Source of the DNA: an uncultured Bdellovibrionales bacterium
Lineage (GTDB): Bacteria > Patescibacteriota > Minisyncoccia > Moranbacterales > UBA9337
DNA: 64,000 nucleotides
Assembly (NCBI GenBank): GCA_964605525.1
Contig: CAZSCV010000004.1
Coordinates: 38,667 to 102,666, forward strand
Reading direction: 5' to 3'
The position numbers and the translations under genes were made by a program. How positions within the stretch are numbered: the first letter of the stretch is position 1; the number at the start of each line of letters is the position of its first letter. Positions 22,357 through 31,919 of this stretch are shown piece by piece. The notes beneath the pieces were generated by a model. It saw only the letters and a list, made by a program, of their open reading frames with translations, was not told the origin of the DNA and searched no databases.

Positions 22357-22746
22357 TTATTTTTGTTCAGATAATATGTTCGCAATATCTTCCGCCAATT
22401 CGCTCGGGGTTCGGTCCGCCTTTACAAAGTATTTCTTAGCTCCTAAATTGATAGCCTCATCTCTATCTCTCGGATCACTGAGATTTGTCGACATTACCAC
22501 GGGAATATTTTTATATTTACTGTCTTTTTTTAATTTTCGCAAAATATCAAATCCATCCATTTTCGGCATTACAATATCCAAAATAATCAAATCCACCGCT
22601 CCCCTTTTTTCCTCCAATATTTCCAGAACTTTTTTTCCATTGACGGCAAGAAGCAGATTGAATTTTTCGCCAAGAGCGATAGAATATATTTCCATTAAAT
22701 CCGGTTCATCTTCAGCCAGAATAACAGTAAATTTTTTATCCTCCAT
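22357..22746 (-). CDS. stand-alone response regulator receiver domain (CheY-like)
   Basis: VILAEDEPDL…DLIILDIVMPKMDGF…KNIPVVMST…, 129 aa, no output domain. Confidence 0.8.
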   Translation of the reverse strand: MEDKKFTVILAEDEPDLMEIYSIALGEKFNLLLAVNGKKVLEILEEKRGAVDLIILDIVMPKMDGFDILRKLKKDSKYKNIPVVMSTNLSDPRDRDEAINLGAKKYFVKADRTPSELAEDIANILSEQK

Positions 22747-22774
22747 TTTATTTTAATTTTTAATTATTAGCTAT

Positions 22775-23134
22775 TTATTCGGCTATCTCTTGCGTCAAGC
22801 TTTTTTCTCGGATAGATTCTTTTATTTTCCCCCAATCCAAAAAATTATTCTGCAAATTAAATATCGAATACAAATACTGGACCAAAAAAATAATCACTGC
22901 CAGAAAAATAACGCCAAAAATAACCGCTGATAAGAATATTCCGACCAAGAAAATTTTCGTCCTTTTTTGGTATTTTTTCAACTCGGCATAAGAACTGAAT
23001 TTTTTCAAATAACTCTCTTCACCCTTGAATACATTTTTCTTTTCTTGCGCGCGCAATTGGCATTCTGAAGAATACCGAAAAACGAAAAAATATACATCGC
23101 GAACCGCCGTCCATATTTTTTTTAAAAAATTCAT
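22775..23134 (-). CDS. hypothetical membrane protein
   Basis: Single central TM pair; no family. Confidence 0.4.
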   Translation of the reverse strand: MNFLKKIWTAVRDVYFFVFRYSSECQLRAQEKKNVFKGEESYLKKFSSYAELKKYQKRTKIFLVGIFLSAVIFGVIFLAVIIFLVQYLYSIFNLQNNFLDWGKIKESIREKSLTQEIAE

Positions 23135-23204
23135 TTTTTTGGTTAAACTTGGATATCTCCCAAATATTTATAATTCAATCTTTTTGATATTATAACATAA
23201 AATT

Positions 23205-25166
23205 TTATTTTCCTTGAATTTTTCGCAATTGATAAATCTCATCGCGAACAAGCGCCGCTCTTTCAAAATCCAAATTGCGCGCCGCTTCTTTCATTTCTCT
23301 TTCTTTATTTTTAATGTATCCGTTTACATCTTCCAATGTTTCCAGCCTGACAAAATCCTGCGGAACTTGAGGATTGATTTCATGATCCACAATTGATTGA
23401 ATTTTTTTCTTGATTGTCTTGGGCGTTATTTTGTGTTTTTTGTTATATTCTTTTTGTAATTTTCTCCTCCGATTTGTTTCATCAATCGCTTTTTTCATTG
23501 AACCCGTAATCCTGTCGGCATATAAAATCACTCTTCCGCTCACATTGCGCGCCGCCCTTCCAATTGTCTGAATTAGGGAGGTTTCACTGCGCAAAAATCC
23601 TTCCTTATCGGCATCCAAAATCGCCACCAGGGAAACTTCCGGCAAATCCAATCCTTCGCGCAAAAGATTCACTCCAACCAAGGCATCAAATTTCCCGCGC
23701 CGCAAATCTTCCAAAATGGAAATTCGGTCCAACGTATCCACTCCGCTGTGCAAATATTCCGATTTGATTTCATTTTCCTTGAGAAATTCCGCCAAATCTT
23801 CCGCCTGTTTTTTGGTGAGTGTTGTAATCAGTACCCGTTCTTTTTTCTTTGAAACTTTTTTGATTTCTTCCAAAATATCTTTTACTTGGCTTCGCGTCGG
23901 ACGCATTATCAATTCCGGATCAATCAATCCTGTTGGACGTATAATCTGTTCTACCATTTCTCCTTCTGTTTTTTCATTTTCATACCGGCTTGGCGTAGCG
24001 CTGGTAAAAATAACCTGGTTTATTCTTTTTTCAAATTCGGAAAATTTCAAAGGACGATTATCCAGCGCACTGGGCAAACGAAATCCATTTTCCACCAAAG
24101 CTTCTTTGCGCGCCTTGTCTCCGGCATACATCGCTCCGATTTGCGGAACGGTCACGTGCGATTCATCAATTACCAGTAAAAAATCATCTCCAAAATAATC
24201 GATCAGGGTATATGGAGCTTCGCCGGACTTTCTGCCAGTTAAAAATCTGGAATAATTTTCAATTCCGTTGCAATATCCCAATTCGCGCATCATTTCAATA
24301 TCGTGTTTTGTCCGGCGTCGAAGCCTTTCCGCTTCCAATATTTTTCCTTTTTTCTCAAGATATTCCACTCTCACTTTCATCTCTTTTTCGATGTTTTTCA
24401 ACACGCCTTCCATCATCGGCTCCGGAACAACAAAATGCTTGGCGGGAAAAAATATCGCCTTTTCCAAAACGGATAATTTTTCTCCTGTCAAAAAATCGTA
24501 TTCGGCAATATTTGCGACTTCGCCATTTTCCAATTCAACGCGCGTTATCACTTCGCGGCTGGGAGGAATAATCTCGATAATATTTCCGATCGAACGGAAT
24601 TTTCCGCGCGCCAGAATATCACTGCGCTGATAATGCATTTCCACCAGTCTTTTCATCAATTTCTCCCTGTCAGTTTTTTCTCCGACTGAAATTGCCAGTG
24701 TCGTGTCCTGATAATATTCCGGACTACCCAAACCGTAGATACAAGAAACACTGGCGACAATAATCACATCGCGGCGCGACAAAACCGCCGCTGTGGCGCT
24801 GTGGCGCAAGCGGTCTATTTCTTCATTTATCTGCGCTTCTTTTTCAATATATGTATCCGATGATGCGATGTATGCTTCCGGCTGGTAATAATCATAGTAG
24901 GAAACGAAATATTCCACTGCGTTTTTTGGAAAGAAAACGCGGAATTCTTGCACTAATTGCGCCGCCAAAGTTTTGTTCGGAGCAATCACCAGGGTCGGTT
25001 TTTGAATTTTTTCGATTACGTTGGCAATCGTGAATGTTTTTCCCGATCCGGTCACACCCAAAAGCGTCTGGAATTTTTTCCCGGATTTCATTCCCCGTGT
25101 CAACTTTTCAATCGCCTGAGGCTGATCCCCCGCCGGCTTGAATTTTGAATTTATCTTAAATTTCAT
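23205..25166 (-). CDS. uvrB: excinuclease ABC subunit B
   Basis: GDQPQAIEKL…GVTGSGKTFT helicase motifs; C-terminal UvrB/UvrC interaction helix (ERAALVRDEIYQLRK). Confidence 0.95.
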   Translation of the reverse strand: MKFKINSKFKPAGDQPQAIEKLTRGMKSGKKFQTLLGVTGSGKTFTIANVIEKIQKPTLVIAPNKTLAAQLVQEFRVFFPKNAVEYFVSYYDYYQPEAYIASSDTYIEKEAQINEEIDRLRHSATAAVLSRRDVIIVASVSCIYGLGSPEYYQDTTLAISVGEKTDREKLMKRLVEMHYQRSDILARGKFRSIGNIIEIIPPSREVITRVELENGEVANIAEYDFLTGEKLSVLEKAIFFPAKHFVVPEPMMEGVLKNIEKEMKVRVEYLEKKGKILEAERLRRRTKHDIEMMRELGYCNGIENYSRFLTGRKSGEAPYTLIDYFGDDFLLVIDESHVTVPQIGAMYAGDKARKEALVENGFRLPSALDNRPLKFSEFEKRINQVIFTSATPSRYENEKTEGEMVEQIIRPTGLIDPELIMRPTRSQVKDILEEIKKVSKKKERVLITTLTKKQAEDLAEFLKENEIKSEYLHSGVDTLDRISILEDLRRGKFDALVGVNLLREGLDLPEVSLVAILDADKEGFLRSETSLIQTIGRAARNVSGRVILYADRITGSMKKAIDETNRRRKLQKEYNKKHKITPKTIKKKIQSIVDHEINPQVPQDFVRLETLEDVNGYIKNKEREMKEAARNLDFERAALVRDEIYQLRKIQGK

Positions 25167-25433
25167 AAATATAAAGAATTAAACTATAAAATGAGTCTCG
25201 CCCCGTGATAAAAATTCTGATTTTTATTTTACGGGGTCCCCCGCCGGCTCAAATTTTGAATCAATCTCAAATTTCATAATTTCATTCTAGCATACTAACA
25301 TTTTATCATTTTAGCAATATTCGGAAAAATACAGACATACATCCTTAATTAATTGCACCAAAAAACAGACGCCATGTCTGTTTTTTTAAAATTCAAAGCC
25401 TCTATTTTATGTCTTAAATTTTATGTCTGTTTT

Positions 25434-25991
25434 CTACGCTCTGGAAACGTATTCTCCTTTTTCTGTGTTTACAATTACAATGTCGCCTTCTTTGACAAAC
25501 AACGGCGTGGTTATTTTCAGTCCCGTTTCCAAAGTCACAACCTTGTCCCCGCCGGAAGCAGTGTCGCCTTTGAGTCCCGGAGGAGCTTCAATAACACGAA
25601 ATTGCATCTTGATCGGCAACTCAAGATTGATCGGATTGCCATTGAAATTTAAAATAGAAACTTCCGTCCCTTCAAGCAAATATTTCTCCGCCCCGTCTAA
25701 AACGGTACTAGAAAGATTAAACTGATCGTAATTTCCCATATCCATAAAAACGAAATCATCGCCTTCCCGGTACAGATACTGCGCTTTGGACTTGGAAATA
25801 TCCGCTTCTTCCACCTTATCCGCTCCTTGAAAAGTTTTTTCCAAAACCGCTCCCGTTGCCAAGTTTTTCAATTTGGTGCGAAGTACCGCTCCGGCTCGTC
25901 CGGTTTTGGAATGTTCGTCACGAATCACCACAAAAGGCTCTCCGTCCAAAGTGATGGTTTTTCCTGTTTTAATATCAGAAATTGAAAGCAT
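25434..25991 (-). CDS. efp: elongation factor P
   Basis: MLSISDIKTGKTI…KTGRAGAVLRTKLKNL…; start taken at the internal Met (ORF extends to 26018). Confidence 0.9.
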   Translation of the reverse strand: MLSISDIKTGKTITLDGEPFVVIRDEHSKTGRAGAVLRTKLKNLATGAVLEKTFQGADKVEEADISKSKAQYLYREGDDFVFMDMGNYDQFNLSSTVLDGAEKYLLEGTEVSILNFNGNPINLELPIKMQFRVIEAPPGLKGDTASGGDKVVTLETGLKITTPLFVKEGDIVIVNTEKGEYVSRA

Positions 25992-26053
25992 ATTTGTGAA
26001 ATTTTTAATTACTACCAAAAAAAATTAAAATGCGCTAAATTAATTTTTTACAA

Positions 26054-26207
26054 CTTTCCGAAAAATAATAAATTTTTATTTTTACTCACGTCTTTGTGCG
26101 TATAAATCAAAAACTTTATGCCCAAACCAACCGATATTTAACAAAAAAGGAACAAAATAACCAAAAGGGACGGTTGGAAAAATAAAAATTTATTATTTTT
26201 CGGAAAG
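26054..26207. mobile_element. 154-bp element with 24-bp perfect terminal inverted repeats (copy A), 38 bp upstream of efp
   Basis: ctttccgaaaaataataaattttt … aaaaatttattatttttcggaaag; internal stem ccaaccg…cggttgg; ~88% identical to copy at 61117-61270. Confidence 0.55.
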
Positions 26208-26232
26208 ATAGTGTTTCAGTTTATGATCGACA

Positions 26233-26445
26233 TTATCTCGCTACGAAAGGAAGCAGACCCATAATTCTTCCTTTTTTGATTGCTTCAGTCAAACTTCTCT
26301 GATGCCTGGTGCAAACGCCGTGTCTTCGCGGAGGATAAATCTTCCCCTGAGAATTCATAAAACGACGCAACAAATAAGCATTTTTATAATCAATTTTGTC
26401 AATTTTTTCCTGGCAAAAATAACAACCCTTTTTTACATTTTCCAT
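26233..26445 (-). CDS. rpsR: 30S ribosomal protein S18
   Basis: CYFCQEKIDKIDYKN…GKI.PRR.TGVC…QR.L…AIK.AR…LLPF. Confidence 0.9.
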   Translation of the reverse strand: MENVKKGCYFCQEKIDKIDYKNAYLLRRFMNSQGKIYPPRRHGVCTRHQRSLTEAIKKGRIMGLLPFVAR

Positions 26446-26476
26446 AATTTTAAATTATTTAATAGTTCTTTAATCT

Positions 26477-26998
26477 TTAAAATGGCACGTCTTCAATTCG
26501 AACATCTTCTTGTTCCTCATCCAGATTGATAGTCGGAATATTATCATCCTGCACAGGAGGTTTCTGCACGGGAGCGGATTGCCTTTGCACGGGAGCGCTT
26601 GCCTGTTGTTTTGGAGTGCTAAACGAATTTCCCCCTCCGGAATATCCGCCCTCTTGTCCTCCACTTCCCTGAGGACGACTGCCTAATTGCATATTTTCCG
26701 CAACCACTTCAGTTGTTCGTCTTTCTATCCCATCTTTTCCGGTATATGTTCTTGTTTGCAATCTTCCTTCAAAAAAGGCTTCTTGTCCTTTGGTCAAATA
26801 TTGCCCGCAAATCTCCGCCGATCTTCCAAAAAGAACAATATTGTGAAATTCGGTGTTTTTTTGCTTCTGCCCGCTGGCATCAGTCCAAAAACTGTTAGTG
26901 GCGATACTCACGCTAGCGACAGTTTTTCCGCCAGTGGTTGTTCGCAACTCCGGGTCACGAGTCAATCGACCAACCAAGATAACTTTATTTACGTTCAT
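26477..26998 (-). CDS. ssb: single-stranded DNA-binding protein
   Basis: MNVNKVILVGRLTRDPELR… OB fold, Gly-rich linker, acidic C-terminal tip …DVPF. Confidence 0.9.
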   Translation of the reverse strand: MNVNKVILVGRLTRDPELRTTTGGKTVASVSIATNSFWTDASGQKQKNTEFHNIVLFGRSAEICGQYLTKGQEAFFEGRLQTRTYTGKDGIERRTTEVVAENMQLGSRPQGSGGQEGGYSGGGNSFSTPKQQASAPVQRQSAPVQKPPVQDDNIPTINLDEEQEDVRIEDVPF

Positions 26999-27080
26999 AA
27001 TATTGGAATTTTTAATTTAAAATTTTTAATCAATTTCTAATAAATCAATCTTCAAATTTTAAAATATTAAAAAAATAAAA

Positions 27081-27740
27081 TTAAATATTGAGTATTTCGT
27101 CTAATTTTTTGTCGATATCATTTTCTTTTACTGTTTTCTTTTTCTTATCGGAAACCTTCTTCTCATTTTTCTTTTCCTTCTTTTCTTCTATTTTATCACT
27201 TTTTTCTTCTTTTTCAACTTTCTTAACTGATGCTTTCTTTTTTATCGGCGCTTCAACTTCAGGAGAAACAACAGCTTCTTCTTTTTTCTCTTCTTTTACT
27301 TCTTCTTTTTTCTCAACCTTTTCCGTTTTTGCAATCTCTCTTTTGGCTTCTTCTCTTCTGAAACTCTGTCTTGGTTGTCCGGATTTTTCTTCTTTTTTGG
27401 TTTCCGCCTTAAGTTCCGGCAATTGATCCGCGCGAGTAATTATAAATCTCAAAATATCCCTGTTTTGCAAAAGCTTTGTGTTAATTTCAGCGACAATATC
27501 TTTATTTGGAATATCCTTTTCTTCTCTCTCATCTTTATCTAAAATTTCAAATCTTTTGGCAACATACACTCCGCGGGATTCTTTCTTGATCTCATAGGAC
27601 ATTTTTCGGCGAGTAACCACTTCCACTTCCAAAATTTTTCCTCCCTCACCGGAAACAACTTCATCAACTTCCTTTTTAATTTTATCCAGATCATGCTCTC
27701 TGGATTCTCCTACTAAATAAAACAATTCGTATTCAATCAT
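27081..27740 (-). CDS. rpsF: 30S ribosomal protein S6 with long Lys/Glu-rich C-terminal extension
   Basis: MIEYELFYLV…GGKILEVE…G.R.MSYEI…GVYV; rpsF-ssb-rpsR order; ~100-aa KE-rich tail. Confidence 0.85.
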   Translation of the reverse strand: MIEYELFYLVGESREHDLDKIKKEVDEVVSGEGGKILEVEVVTRRKMSYEIKKESRGVYVAKRFEILDKDEREEKDIPNKDIVAEINTKLLQNRDILRFIITRADQLPELKAETKKEEKSGQPRQSFRREEAKREIAKTEKVEKKEEVKEEKKEEAVVSPEVEAPIKKKASVKKVEKEEKSDKIEEKKEKKNEKKVSDKKKKTVKENDIDKKLDEILNI

Positions 27741-28001
27741 TTTTTTTATAATTACAATTAATTAATTTATTATTATGACTCACGCAATTGAATAAATAAA
27801 AACCACAAAGAAAATCCAGCTTTGCGGCTAAATCGCTCCTTATCCCAACCAAATGTCAGGCGAGGCGCGAACAGGACTTTCTCAGTTGTTCCCCTACTGT
27901 ATCAGACTATTTCTCTTTTGGCAAGCCCACTAAGGAAAATAAATTTTACGCCCTTCTTGATGCTTGATATAATAAAGAATATAAAAATTCATAAAAATAA
28001 A

Positions 28002-28685
28002 ATGAAACGGATAGCAACAAATAAAGAAATTTTTGCCGGCGTTGGTACGATTATAATTATAGGCATCGTCGTTACAGGTGGGATGATTATTCGTGAAAAT
28101 AGAAAAAATAAACATGAACTACAAAAATCTGAACAAGAGGATTGGAAATATAATCAGGAGAAGGAAAATATAATCACTTATTATGAAAATAAAAGTTATA
28201 ATTATAGAATAGAAAATCTAACTAGTTTTAATGTAGAAACTGGATCCGTAAAAAACCCAGACTCCTTAATCAAAATTATTTCAAAAGCTGATAATACTCC
28301 ATTATTTTCCATTGACGCTGAAATATCAAAATTTAGCAATGTCAATGATTGGTTGGATGATTATCAAAAAAAACTGTCCCAAATAACTTCTTATGAAGGA
28401 GTTGAGATTAATCCTCCTGTCATTTTGTCAAAAGAGAAAATATATATTGATGGAATTGAAGCAATAAAACTTACCATTGAAAACATGCCTTATTCCGATT
28501 ATCTGATTGCTATTATTAAAAATAAGTTTATATATACAATTTCTTATAATGGATTACTTCTGACAAGCGAAAAGGATGCATTAAAAGAGCAATCAAATAA
28601 TCAGTCGGATCTAGCTTTAACCTTCAAGATAAAGCATCGAGCGGAACTAGATAAAATAATAGATTCCTTTCGATTTGTTAATTAA
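28002..28685 (+). CDS. hypothetical N-terminally anchored protein (Asn-rich)
   Basis: Start at ATG 28002 (MKRIATNKEIFAGVGTIIIIGIVV…); the listed ORF extends upstream without an RBS. Confidence 0.45.
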   Translation: MKRIATNKEIFAGVGTIIIIGIVVTGGMIIRENRKNKHELQKSEQEDWKYNQEKENIITYYENKSYNYRIENLTSFNVETGSVKNPDSLIKIISKADNTPLFSIDAEISKFSNVNDWLDDYQKKLSQITSYEGVEINPPVILSKEKIYIDGIEAIKLTIENMPYSDYLIAIIKNKFIYTISYNGLLLTSEKDALKEQSNNQSDLALTFKIKHRAELDKIIDSFRFVN

Positions 28686-28711
28686 ATAAATATAAACTTA
28701 CAAAAAATAAA

Positions 28712-29476
28712 ATGAAACAAAAAATTCGAATCTATCTATTGAGTGCCGTCGGAGTTTTTTTAGTAATAATTATATGGTTGGCAGTTTTAGAAAAAAGTGA
28801 ATGGAAAAAAATACAAAATACCAAACAATTACCCGGAGAACCATCACAACAAGAATGTTTTGAAAAAAATCAACTTTCTCAAGATCAGCAAGTTAATTCG
28901 AATCAATCTTATCAATGTCATAATATTTTCAAAACTAGATTAATTGGTGATGGCTGTTATGAAATAAAAGATGGACAGCCAGACAAGTATCATTTTAGGA
29001 GTGATTTTAATATAGATCCTGCTAATATGAATATTAATTATAAAAACGAAGACTTTGGAATTTCTTTTGATATTCCTTATAATAAAAACTGGGGAAATAA
29101 AAACTGTGTAGTTTTGCCTTATCTGGAGTCAAGTGATTTATCTAGCAATTCCTTAAGTGTTGATTTTGGACCATTCAGGGAGTGGTCGGGAAATTCTTAT
29201 ACCTTTAATATCGGACAAAGAAGAAGCGCGGAAGACATAATAAATAATCAGAAAGATGTTGACGCCAAAAATAATCCAAGAATAAAAATTGTCGGACAAT
29301 ATCAATTAGTGGTATATGAAAGCTATGGCATGGGAATAAGCAGATATTACGAAATCACTGGAGAAAAAAATAATTATATATTTGAACATTTTCAAGCAAA
29401 TAACAATCAGAAAAATACCGACATTGAATCTTATGGATTAGAAAGTGTAATTAAAACATTTCACACAAATCAATAA
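28712..29476 (+). CDS. hypothetical N-terminally anchored protein
   Basis: MKQKIRIYLLSAVGVFLVIIIWLAVL…; no family. Confidence 0.45.
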   Translation: MKQKIRIYLLSAVGVFLVIIIWLAVLEKSEWKKIQNTKQLPGEPSQQECFEKNQLSQDQQVNSNQSYQCHNIFKTRLIGDGCYEIKDGQPDKYHFRSDFNIDPANMNINYKNEDFGISFDIPYNKNWGNKNCVVLPYLESSDLSSNSLSVDFGPFREWSGNSYTFNIGQRRSAEDIINNQKDVDAKNNPRIKIVGQYQLVVYESYGMGISRYYEITGEKNNYIFEHFQANNNQKNTDIESYGLESVIKTFHTNQ

Positions 29477-29532
29477 GTTGTTCGTTGAATAAAATTCATT
29501 TCTTTTTAAAGATTCAATGGTTAAAAAAAAAT

Positions 29533-29563
29533 AACAGGGCAAAGCTAAATGTTTTGCCCTGTT
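29533..29563. terminator. bidirectional terminator hairpin between convergent genes
   Basis: aacagggcaaa-gctaaatg-tttgccctgtt, T-rich flank. Confidence 0.5.
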
Positions 29564-29638
29564 ATTATACGTTGAAATTTCAACATCAAACTATCCGACT
29601 TTTGGCAAGCCCTGGGATATACCGAAATAGCAGAACTA

Positions 29639-30823
29639 TCACCAAGCTTTTTTCAAGATATTGTTGATGGTTTTTTCGTCGTCGCAGGAATATTTTTTTG
29701 AAGGCGAATAAAAATTTTTCTTACCGCCATAACATCCGCCGTTATCTTTCGGAAGTACCGCCAAAATCGGCAGCATAAACCCCTTTCCTTGGGAAGTGAA
29801 AAAATCGTGCAGGTCCCGCAATGTTTTTCTTCTTTTGTCATCATCCATTCTAGCGAAAGTACTCATATCATCCCCAATTTGCGGTGTCCAATCGAGATGC
29901 AAGAAAACATTATTGGCTTTCTTGGCAAACTTGTCATTCCAGAGGAGCGCCCAGCACCAATCCCCTTCTTTTTTCCACCAGCGAGAAAAACACGGACCGT
30001 TTTCCAATGTTCCATCAGAGTACAATCCCACGCCGCCCTCAATAAAATCAAAATTACGCAAATATTTTTCATTAGTAATGTCATTGGTCTGCGCGCCGAC
30101 AACAATTTTCATTTTTTTGGAATCAGCATACTCCCTCATATCCGCAATTATTTTTGTAATCCTTGGATTGTTCAAATCGCCCCCCTCTTGCAAAAAAACC
30201 TGTCCAAAAAGAAAACTCTGGATCCCCATATCCATTGCTTGCTCGGTGATATATTTCAAATACGCGCGATATTCTCCTGAATTAAATGACGGAATGCAGA
30301 TATTTTTCTTCCAATGATCGGGATTGTTGTCTTGGCACATTTTTTCAAAATCAAACTTGCGGTCTTCCTCCGGATACCGATAGAGAACTTTTGTGTTGAC
30401 CGCCTCAGCAATAAACATTCCGTACACGATATTCTCTTTTTCAATTTTCGCTTTGATTTTTTTGGCTTTTTCAAAATCCGGCTTGTCCGCCCAAGTCTCC
30501 AGCGCGCGATGAAGATAATAGCAATCAGACCGGTTAACCACGTTGATCATTTCCTTGGTATCGCCTCCGAATCCGGAGAGAATTCCATCCGCCACGCACC
30601 CTTGTTTTTTCATTCTTTCAATATTGGGCGGAAGCGGAGGAGGCAGTGGCGAGGGAAACAAAACAGGAACCGCTTCAGCGACCTTCTTTTTTGCGATTAT
30701 AATCATCTGCGAAAATTCCGGAGAAAAATTTCCGCTTTCTTTGACCACAACAAAAACAACTGCCGAAGACAAGGCAACTAAAATCAAAGTTCCAACCCAA
30801 GTATTAATAATTTTGTTTTCCAT
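29639..30823 (-). CDS. hypothetical exported protein with Pro-rich linker (PSPLPPPLPP)
   Basis: N-terminal TM (MENKIINTWVGTLILVALSSAVVFVVV), then a Pro-rich linker encoded by a GC-rich patch (30627-30668), then a ~330-aa domain of unknown family. Confidence 0.45.
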   Translation of the reverse strand: MENKIINTWVGTLILVALSSAVVFVVVKESGNFSPEFSQMIIIAKKKVAEAVPVLFPSPLPPPLPPNIERMKKQGCVADGILSGFGGDTKEMINVVNRSDCYYLHRALETWADKPDFEKAKKIKAKIEKENIVYGMFIAEAVNTKVLYRYPEEDRKFDFEKMCQDNNPDHWKKNICIPSFNSGEYRAYLKYITEQAMDMGIQSFLFGQVFLQEGGDLNNPRITKIIADMREYADSKKMKIVVGAQTNDITNEKYLRNFDFIEGGVGLYSDGTLENGPCFSRWWKKEGDWCWALLWNDKFAKKANNVFLHLDWTPQIGDDMSTFARMDDDKRRKTLRDLHDFFTSQGKGFMLPILAVLPKDNGGCYGGKKNFYSPSKKYSCDDEKTINNILKKAW

Positions 30824-30929
30824 AATCCAAAAAATTCTCTTCCTGCATCTTAATAATACCATCTACTACCATTTTCAACCAAGAAATATTTTGCTCATGA
30901 AAGATAAATAGCATTGCGTATGTACTAGT

Positions 30930-30955
30930 AGTTGCAGTGGAACAACCATTGCAAC
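30930..30955. promoter_or_regulatory. operator-like palindrome overlapping the -35 of the RHH gene
   Basis: agttgcaGtgg-aacaa-ccattgcaact; ttgcaa at 30949-54, tataaa at 30974-79. Confidence 0.35.
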
Positions 30956-30981
30956 TAACTTGCGATTTTTAGCTATAAAAT

Positions 30982-31164
30982 ATGAAAGTAATTAAAAAAC
31001 AACGCGTGACATTATTCCTGAACCCCGATCTTTTGAAACAAGCCAAAGCGCAGGCTATTGTTGACGGCGTGAGCTTAACTGCTCTAGTTGAAAAAATCTT
31101 AATTAAACATTTACCCAAAGAAACAATAATTAGAAGGACTGATATTCACCATCTAACAACTTAA
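30982..31164 (+). CDS. ribbon-helix-helix (CopG/ParD-like) DNA-binding protein, orphan antitoxin-like
   Basis: QRVTLFLNPDLLKQAKAQAIVDGVSLTALVEKILIKHL fits the RHH pattern; no toxin gene adjacent. Confidence 0.55.
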   Translation: MKVIKKQRVTLFLNPDLLKQAKAQAIVDGVSLTALVEKILIKHLPKETIIRRTDIHHLTT

Positions 31165-31231
31165 CTAATTAAATAAAAGTGACCTAGAAAGATTCTCGTT
31201 TAGTTCAAATTAATAACTAATCTATAATCAT

Positions 31232-31591
31232 ATGGATTCATCAACTTCTTCCAGCACAAAACCTCTCTATCGCGGAACGCAAATTGTTTGGTATCTCTTG
31301 GGACTTCTGGAAATATTACTGGCGTTTCGTTTCATCTTGAAATTACTTGGAGCCAATATGGAGGCCGGTTTCACCAGTTTTATCTATGGGGTAACCTACA
31401 TTTTCACCGCTCCTTTCCTGAGTGTTTTTAATGTTTCCAGAGTATCGGGCAGTGTCTTTGAATGGACGACGCTCTTGGCAATGTTTGTGTATTGGATAAT
31501 TGCCATCGGCATAATCAAATTGTTTCTTATGGGAAAAACTGTTTCAACATCAGAAGCCGCAGTTAAATTAGACGAGCAAGAAAAAAAATAA
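31232..31591 (+). CDS. YggT-like small membrane protein
   Basis: Two TM helices with an RFILKLL segment; weak family call. Confidence 0.4.
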   Translation: MDSSTSSSTKPLYRGTQIVWYLLGLLEILLAFRFILKLLGANMEAGFTSFIYGVTYIFTAPFLSVFNVSRVSGSVFEWTTLLAMFVYWIIAIGIIKLFLMGKTVSTSEAAVKLDEQEKK

Positions 31592-31608
31592 TTAATTAAA
31601 AAAAATAT

Positions 31609-31848
31609 ATGAGCATTATTTTATGGATTATTTTTGGAGCAATCGTAGGTTGGGTCGCCTCACTAGTTATGGGCACCAACGATAGCTTAGTTCTAAATAT
31701 TATTCTGGGAATCGTGGGAGCTATGTTAGGCGGATGGCTGATGAGCTTTCTGGGAGAAAGCGGAGTTACAGGTTTCAACCTGTACAGTATGTTTGTAGCG
31801 CTAATTGGAGCAATAATCCTAATAACAATCGTAAAAGCCATCCGCTAA
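31609..31848 (+). CDS. GlsB/YeaQ/YmgE family (transglycosylase-associated) membrane protein
   Basis: MSIILWIIFGAIVGWVASLVMG…GIVGAMLGGWL…, 79 aa, typical of the family. Confidence 0.7.
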   Translation: MSIILWIIFGAIVGWVASLVMGTNDSLVLNIILGIVGAMLGGWLMSFLGESGVTGFNLYSMFVALIGAIILITIVKAIR

Positions 31849-31878
31849 AAAAGACATCGTCGCGGCAGAACAAAAAAA

Positions 31879-31907
31879 CGGCTCAGTGTATTGAGTCGTT
31901 TTTTTAA
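31879..31907 (+). terminator. rho-independent terminator
   Basis: cggctca-gtgtat-tgagtcg followed by ttttttt. Confidence 0.5.
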
Positions 31908-31919
31908 TGAACTGCTTAG

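Noticed and set aside
27822-28001. N-terminal extension of ORF 27822..28685
   Set aside because: The upstream 60 codons lack an RBS and overlap the rpsF promoter/leader region. ATG 28002 gives a typical N-terminal anchor start.
29485-29667. 60-aa ORF between convergent genes
   Set aside because: Spans the bidirectional terminator hairpin at 29533-29563; no RBS.
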